Source: Synergistales bacterium (GTDB lineage: Bacteria; Synergistota; Synergistia; Synergistales; JAFGMB01). From it: a stretch of DNA of 64,000 nt. Positions 60,747-64,000 of this stretch are shown one piece after another (position 1 is the stretch's first letter; the number at the start of each line of letters is the position of its first letter). The position numbers were made by a program, and so were the translations under genes. Where the stretch lies: contig OY762654.1 in the NCBI GenBank assembly GCA_963666205.1, positions 192,001 through 256,000 on the forward strand, in the 5' to 3' direction. The notes under the pieces were generated by a model, which was not told the DNA's origin, did not search any database, and was given only the letters and a program-made list of their open reading frames with translations.

Positions 60747-61166
60747 TCACTTATGAAGAGTAAATCTGAAGGGTAAATATTCTTCAAGGATTCTGATCTC
60801 CAGAGATTCACCCTTTTCCAATATAACAGACATTGAGGGATTAAATTCGCAGAGAACCTGTACACATGCCCCACAGGGATAACACGGTTCTCCAGGACGA
60901 CCAACTATGGCTATGGCCATGGGAATATTCCTTCGATCTGATGCTATCATTGAAGTCAGCGCATTTCTTTCTGCACAGATAGTTAGACCATAACTGCTAT
61001 TTTCCACATTGGAACCAGCAAAGATCTCGTTATTACCAGTAATGATTGCAGCTCCAACAGGAAACTCTGAATAAGGGACATAGGCCTGCTGTTGAACCTC
61101 CCTGGCCCTCAGTAGCAGGTTGTGGAAGGTACTTTCGTCAAGTAACCTTTCAATCAGGACGGACAC
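60747..61166 (-). CDS. cdd: Cytidine deaminase
   Basis: YVPYSEF, NVENSSYG, CAE, PCGAC. Confidence 0.95.
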   Translation of the reverse strand: MSVLIERLLDESTFHNLLLRAREVQQQAYVPYSEFPVGAAIITGNNEIFAGSNVENSSYGLTICAERNALTSMIASDRRNIPMAIAIVGRPGEPCYPCGACVQVLCEFNPSMSVILEKGESLEIRILEEYLPFRFTLHK

Positions 61167-61187
61167 CTTCTTCCATAGACTATTTCA

Positions 61188-62477
61188 TCAAAGGGGCATA
61201 TCTTCATCGTGTTCAGGTTTCCTGGAAATATTTCTCTGGAGTCTTAACATCTTGATGCGGTGGTCTTCCAATTCCAGAACTTCAATAGTCCATTGACCAT
61301 AGACAGCCTTGAACCCCTCTTCAGGAAATTCTCCAGCAAGGGAAAGAGTGAGTCCCCCAACACTTTCAGCCTCTTCAGATACAAAAGGATAGTGCAGGAT
61401 ATCGCTGAGGTCTTCCAGGCTGACCTGACCTTCGACAAGGTAAGAATCCTTGTTCTCCTTCTTTACTGGGGGGTTTTCTTTGTCAAACTCATCCTGTATC
61501 TCACCTACAATTTCTTCGAGAAGATCTTCAAGAGTAACGATGCCTGCAGTTCCCCCATATTCATCCACAATTATAGCCATGTGAATATGTTTTCCCTTCA
61601 TTGTATTGAAAAGATCTACAATCTTCATTGTTTCTGGTACAAAAAGAGGTTCACGTTTAAGTTTAAGGACCGGTTCATTTGCCTGACCGGTAGATAGATA
61701 GGGTATGGTATCCTTCACATAGAGAATACCTACAATATTGTCCAGTGAACCATCGTATATGGGTACCCGTGAATGACCATGTTCCTGGAACACACCAACT
61801 GCATCGCCTATGGTAACATCGCTCGCTACGGCATCCATATCAGTTCTTGGCACCATGATCTCATATACCCTGCTCTCCTTGAAGGAGATAATACCATGGA
61901 TCATTCTTCTTTCGACTTCTTCAAATACACCCGAGGCCTCTCCTATGTTGACCATCTGCTCGATCTCTTCACGTGTAACAAAGGTATGGGGACTACTCAG
62001 ATCCACATGGAGAAGAGAACCCAGGAATCTCACAAGACCTGTAAGAATAAAAAGTAGGGGCGAAAAGATAAAGCTTATTGTCCTGAGAAATGGTAATGTA
62101 AATATTAAAAGTGATTCCGATCTCACTATAGCTAGACTTTTAGGAAGGATTTCCCCGAATATCACTATCATGAAAGTCATTACCAGCACAGCAATGAAAA
62201 GCCCCTTATCTCCAAAAATAATGAGCGCGACGGATGTTGCGACTGCACTGGCAGCAATGTTAACAAGATTATTGGCTACAAGAGTGACTGTAAGTGCTCT
62301 CTGAACATCCTGCATCAGCCAATCCAGTATTCTTGCAAAGGAAGGGTGCTTTTCCTTCAAGGCCATCAATCTTCCTCGGCTCATGGCAGTAATGGCTGTT
62401 TCAGAACTGCTGAACAGGGCAGAAAGACACAGTAGAGTAAAAAGGATAGACAGGGTTATGACAAGAGAACTATCCAT
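61188..62477 (-). CDS. CNNM/CorC-HlyC family membrane protein (DUF21, CBS pair, CorC domain)
   Basis: FSSSETA, NNLVNI, GEILPK, HSRVP, VDEYGG, EDLLEEIVGEI; start set at MDSSL. Confidence 0.92.
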   Translation of the reverse strand: MDSSLVITLSILFTLLCLSALFSSSETAITAMSRGRLMALKEKHPSFARILDWLMQDVQRALTVTLVANNLVNIAASAVATSVALIIFGDKGLFIAVLVMTFMIVIFGEILPKSLAIVRSESLLIFTLPFLRTISFIFSPLLFILTGLVRFLGSLLHVDLSSPHTFVTREEIEQMVNIGEASGVFEEVERRMIHGIISFKESRVYEIMVPRTDMDAVASDVTIGDAVGVFQEHGHSRVPIYDGSLDNIVGILYVKDTIPYLSTGQANEPVLKLKREPLFVPETMKIVDLFNTMKGKHIHMAIIVDEYGGTAGIVTLEDLLEEIVGEIQDEFDKENPPVKKENKDSYLVEGQVSLEDLSDILHYPFVSEEAESVGGLTLSLAGEFPEEGFKAVYGQWTIEVLELEDHRIKMLRLQRNISRKPEHDEDMPL

Positions 62478-63009
62478 TTGAAGATCCCTCTGCAGGAAGC
62501 TCTTTCCGACTCTCCACACATGAAGCTATGTCTTTTGCAAGGGGATCCTGAAGAGCCCACATAAGCTCCTGTCTCTCGGGAATATCATGATCCATTCCAA
62601 GAAGGTGAAGAATTCCATGGGCAAGCATAAGCGCCATTTCCGAGTGATATTCCAGACCCGACTCGGAAGAATTGCTGTACACCACTGGAGGGCAGATAAG
62701 AATATCACCTAAGGGAAGGGAGTCCCAATCCGCAGGAGGTTCAAACTTGCCGTTGGACGATTCCCAAATGGGAAAGGAAAGCACATCTGTGGATTCATCT
62801 ATTTCACGGTATGAACGGTTGTAATCTCTTATTTGATTCTCGGAAAGAAAGTTCACCGATATTTCAATATTTTTATAGTTTCCTGATTCTGTCCAGTTTC
62901 TTTCAAGAAAAGAACCTATGACATTTTCGAGTTTCAAGATAGACCATAACGGCACTCCGCTTTCAGAGTCGCTGTCATCCATACTATCAAGAGATAGGTC
63001 CACCTTCAT
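62470..63009 (-). CDS. ybeY: rRNA maturation endoribonuclease YbeY
   Basis: TDVLSF, LGDI, HGILHLLGMDH. Confidence 0.94.
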   Translation of the reverse strand: MKVDLSLDSMDDSDSESGVPLWSILKLENVIGSFLERNWTESGNYKNIEISVNFLSENQIRDYNRSYREIDESTDVLSFPIWESSNGKFEPPADWDSLPLGDILICPPVVYSNSSESGLEYHSEMALMLAHGILHLLGMDHDIPERQELMWALQDPLAKDIASCVESRKELPAEGSSNG

Positions 63010-64000
63010 TCATTTCCCTCCTCAGTATTTTTCACTTCTTCATGCAGATTACGTACCCGACGAGTATGATACATAGATTGCAATGTATAAAGCAAGGCTT
63101 CCTTGACTTTTGACAAATCTTTAAGCGTAAAATCTATGTTTTCAAGCTGTCCCTCAAGGATCTTGGTTTCAATAACATTCTGGATGATCTCCTCAATATC
63201 CTGGGGGGTCGATATGTTACGGGTATCAGCTCTCACAGCAGCCTCGATGGAATCAACAAGCATAAGCAATGCAGTTTCCTTTGTTCTAGGCTTTGGACCA
63301 GGGTAACAGAATTGTTCTTTAGGTATATTTTCTCCCTGGTTTCTTGCCTTCCTGTAAAAGTATGACAGACAGGTCTTCCCGTGGTGTTCTAGAATAAAAT
63401 CCCTGATCCGGCTTGGGAGTTTATATTCCCTTGCAAGTTCAACACCTTCACGTACATGGGCTATGATAGAAAGTGCAGATAACGACGGGGCGATCCTGTC
63501 ATGAACATTATCACCCTGATGCTGGTTTTCAACGAAGAAATGAGGCCTTTGCAGTTTCCCTATATCATGATAATAGGCACCAGCCTTTATCAGGTTTGAA
63601 TTCAGGCCAAGGGAATCTGCTGCAGCTTCAGCGAGGTTCCCTACCATCAGAGAATGATGATAGGTGCCAGGTGCCTCAATCTGAAGTTTTTTCAGCAGGG
63701 GATGTGAAGGGTTGCTCAATTCCAGCAGCCTGAGTGGAGAGAGAACATCAAAAAAGTTTTCAAGTACAGGTAACAGCGCTATTGCGATCAAAGCCCCAAG
63801 ACCACTGTAAAACAGATTGAGGATCATTCTCTCAAAGGAAACAGGTAACCCGATAGCCCATTTTATAGATATGCCCAGAATAGAAATAAATACTCCAAGC
63901 AAGAATAAATGTCGCCATAATTGGGACCTGGAATGTATGTTCCTGAAAAGGAAGTACCCCAGGAAACCGGAACCACATCCGGCAAGTCCTATTATTACAA
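63006..64000 (-). CDS. Membrane-anchored HD phosphohydrolase (PgpH-like c-di-AMP phosphodiesterase); N-terminus outside the window
   Basis: TM segments then APGTYHHS, YYHDIGK, EHHG and DSIEAA; the frame stays open upstream of the ORF-track start; precedes ybeY. Confidence 0.88.
   Translation of the reverse strand, partial: VIIGLAGCGSGFLGYFLFRNIHSRSQLWRHLFLLGVFISILGISIKWAIGLPVSFERMILNLFYSGLGALIAIALLPVLENFFDVLSPLRLLELSNPSHPLLKKLQIEAPGTYHHSLMVGNLAEAAADSLGLNSNLIKAGAYYHDIGKLQRPHFFVENQHQGDNVHDRIAPSLSALSIIAHVREGVELAREYKLPSRIRDFILEHHGKTCLSYFYRKARNQGENIPKEQFCYPGPKPRTKETALLMLVDSIEAAVRADTRNISTPQDIEEIIQNVIETKILEGQLENIDFTLKDLSKVKEALLYTLQSMYHTRRVRNLHEEVKNTEEGNE

Overview
Mostly core-genome DNA from an anaerobic diderm bacterium with Firmicutes-like gene order. 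The PilQ secretin, the amino-acid-fermentation enzymes and the general look of the 16S and pilin sequences suggest Synergistota (inference, not a database result). Almost everything is on the minus strand; only gpt and a PBP1A gene are on plus. From left to right the window holds: a purine/nucleoside uptake and salvage cluster with tRNA-Sec; nudF-xerD-PNP; a four-subunit 2-oxoacid (VOR-type) ferredoxin oxidoreductase preceded by an uncharacterised P-loop protein; def/fmt, rpsA, ispH, miaA, mutLS, ruvX and alaS; an mtnA-ahcY-mtaD operon; xseA/nusB/asp23/efp; a type IV pilus locus (pilB-T-C-A-V-W-M-N-O-P-Q); one complete rRNA operon (16S-Ile-Ala-23S-5S); PBP1A; an unusual ppsR-ppdK-ppsA trio; and glySQ-recO-era-cdd-CNNM-ybeY-pgpH. 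I found no CRISPR array, prophage, IS element or defence island. Three signals stand out. (1) A sharp cluster of indels breaks pilC, the major pilin and a PilV-like pilin in an otherwise clean window; this is either an unpolished hypervariable pilin cassette or a real pseudogenisation. (2) The mtnA-ahcY-mtaD operon probably encodes a deamination-first (inosine-type) route for recycling SAM by-products. (3) PPDK and a PEP synthase sit in tandem behind a single regulatory kinase. Several small candidate regulatory elements are listed at lower interest.
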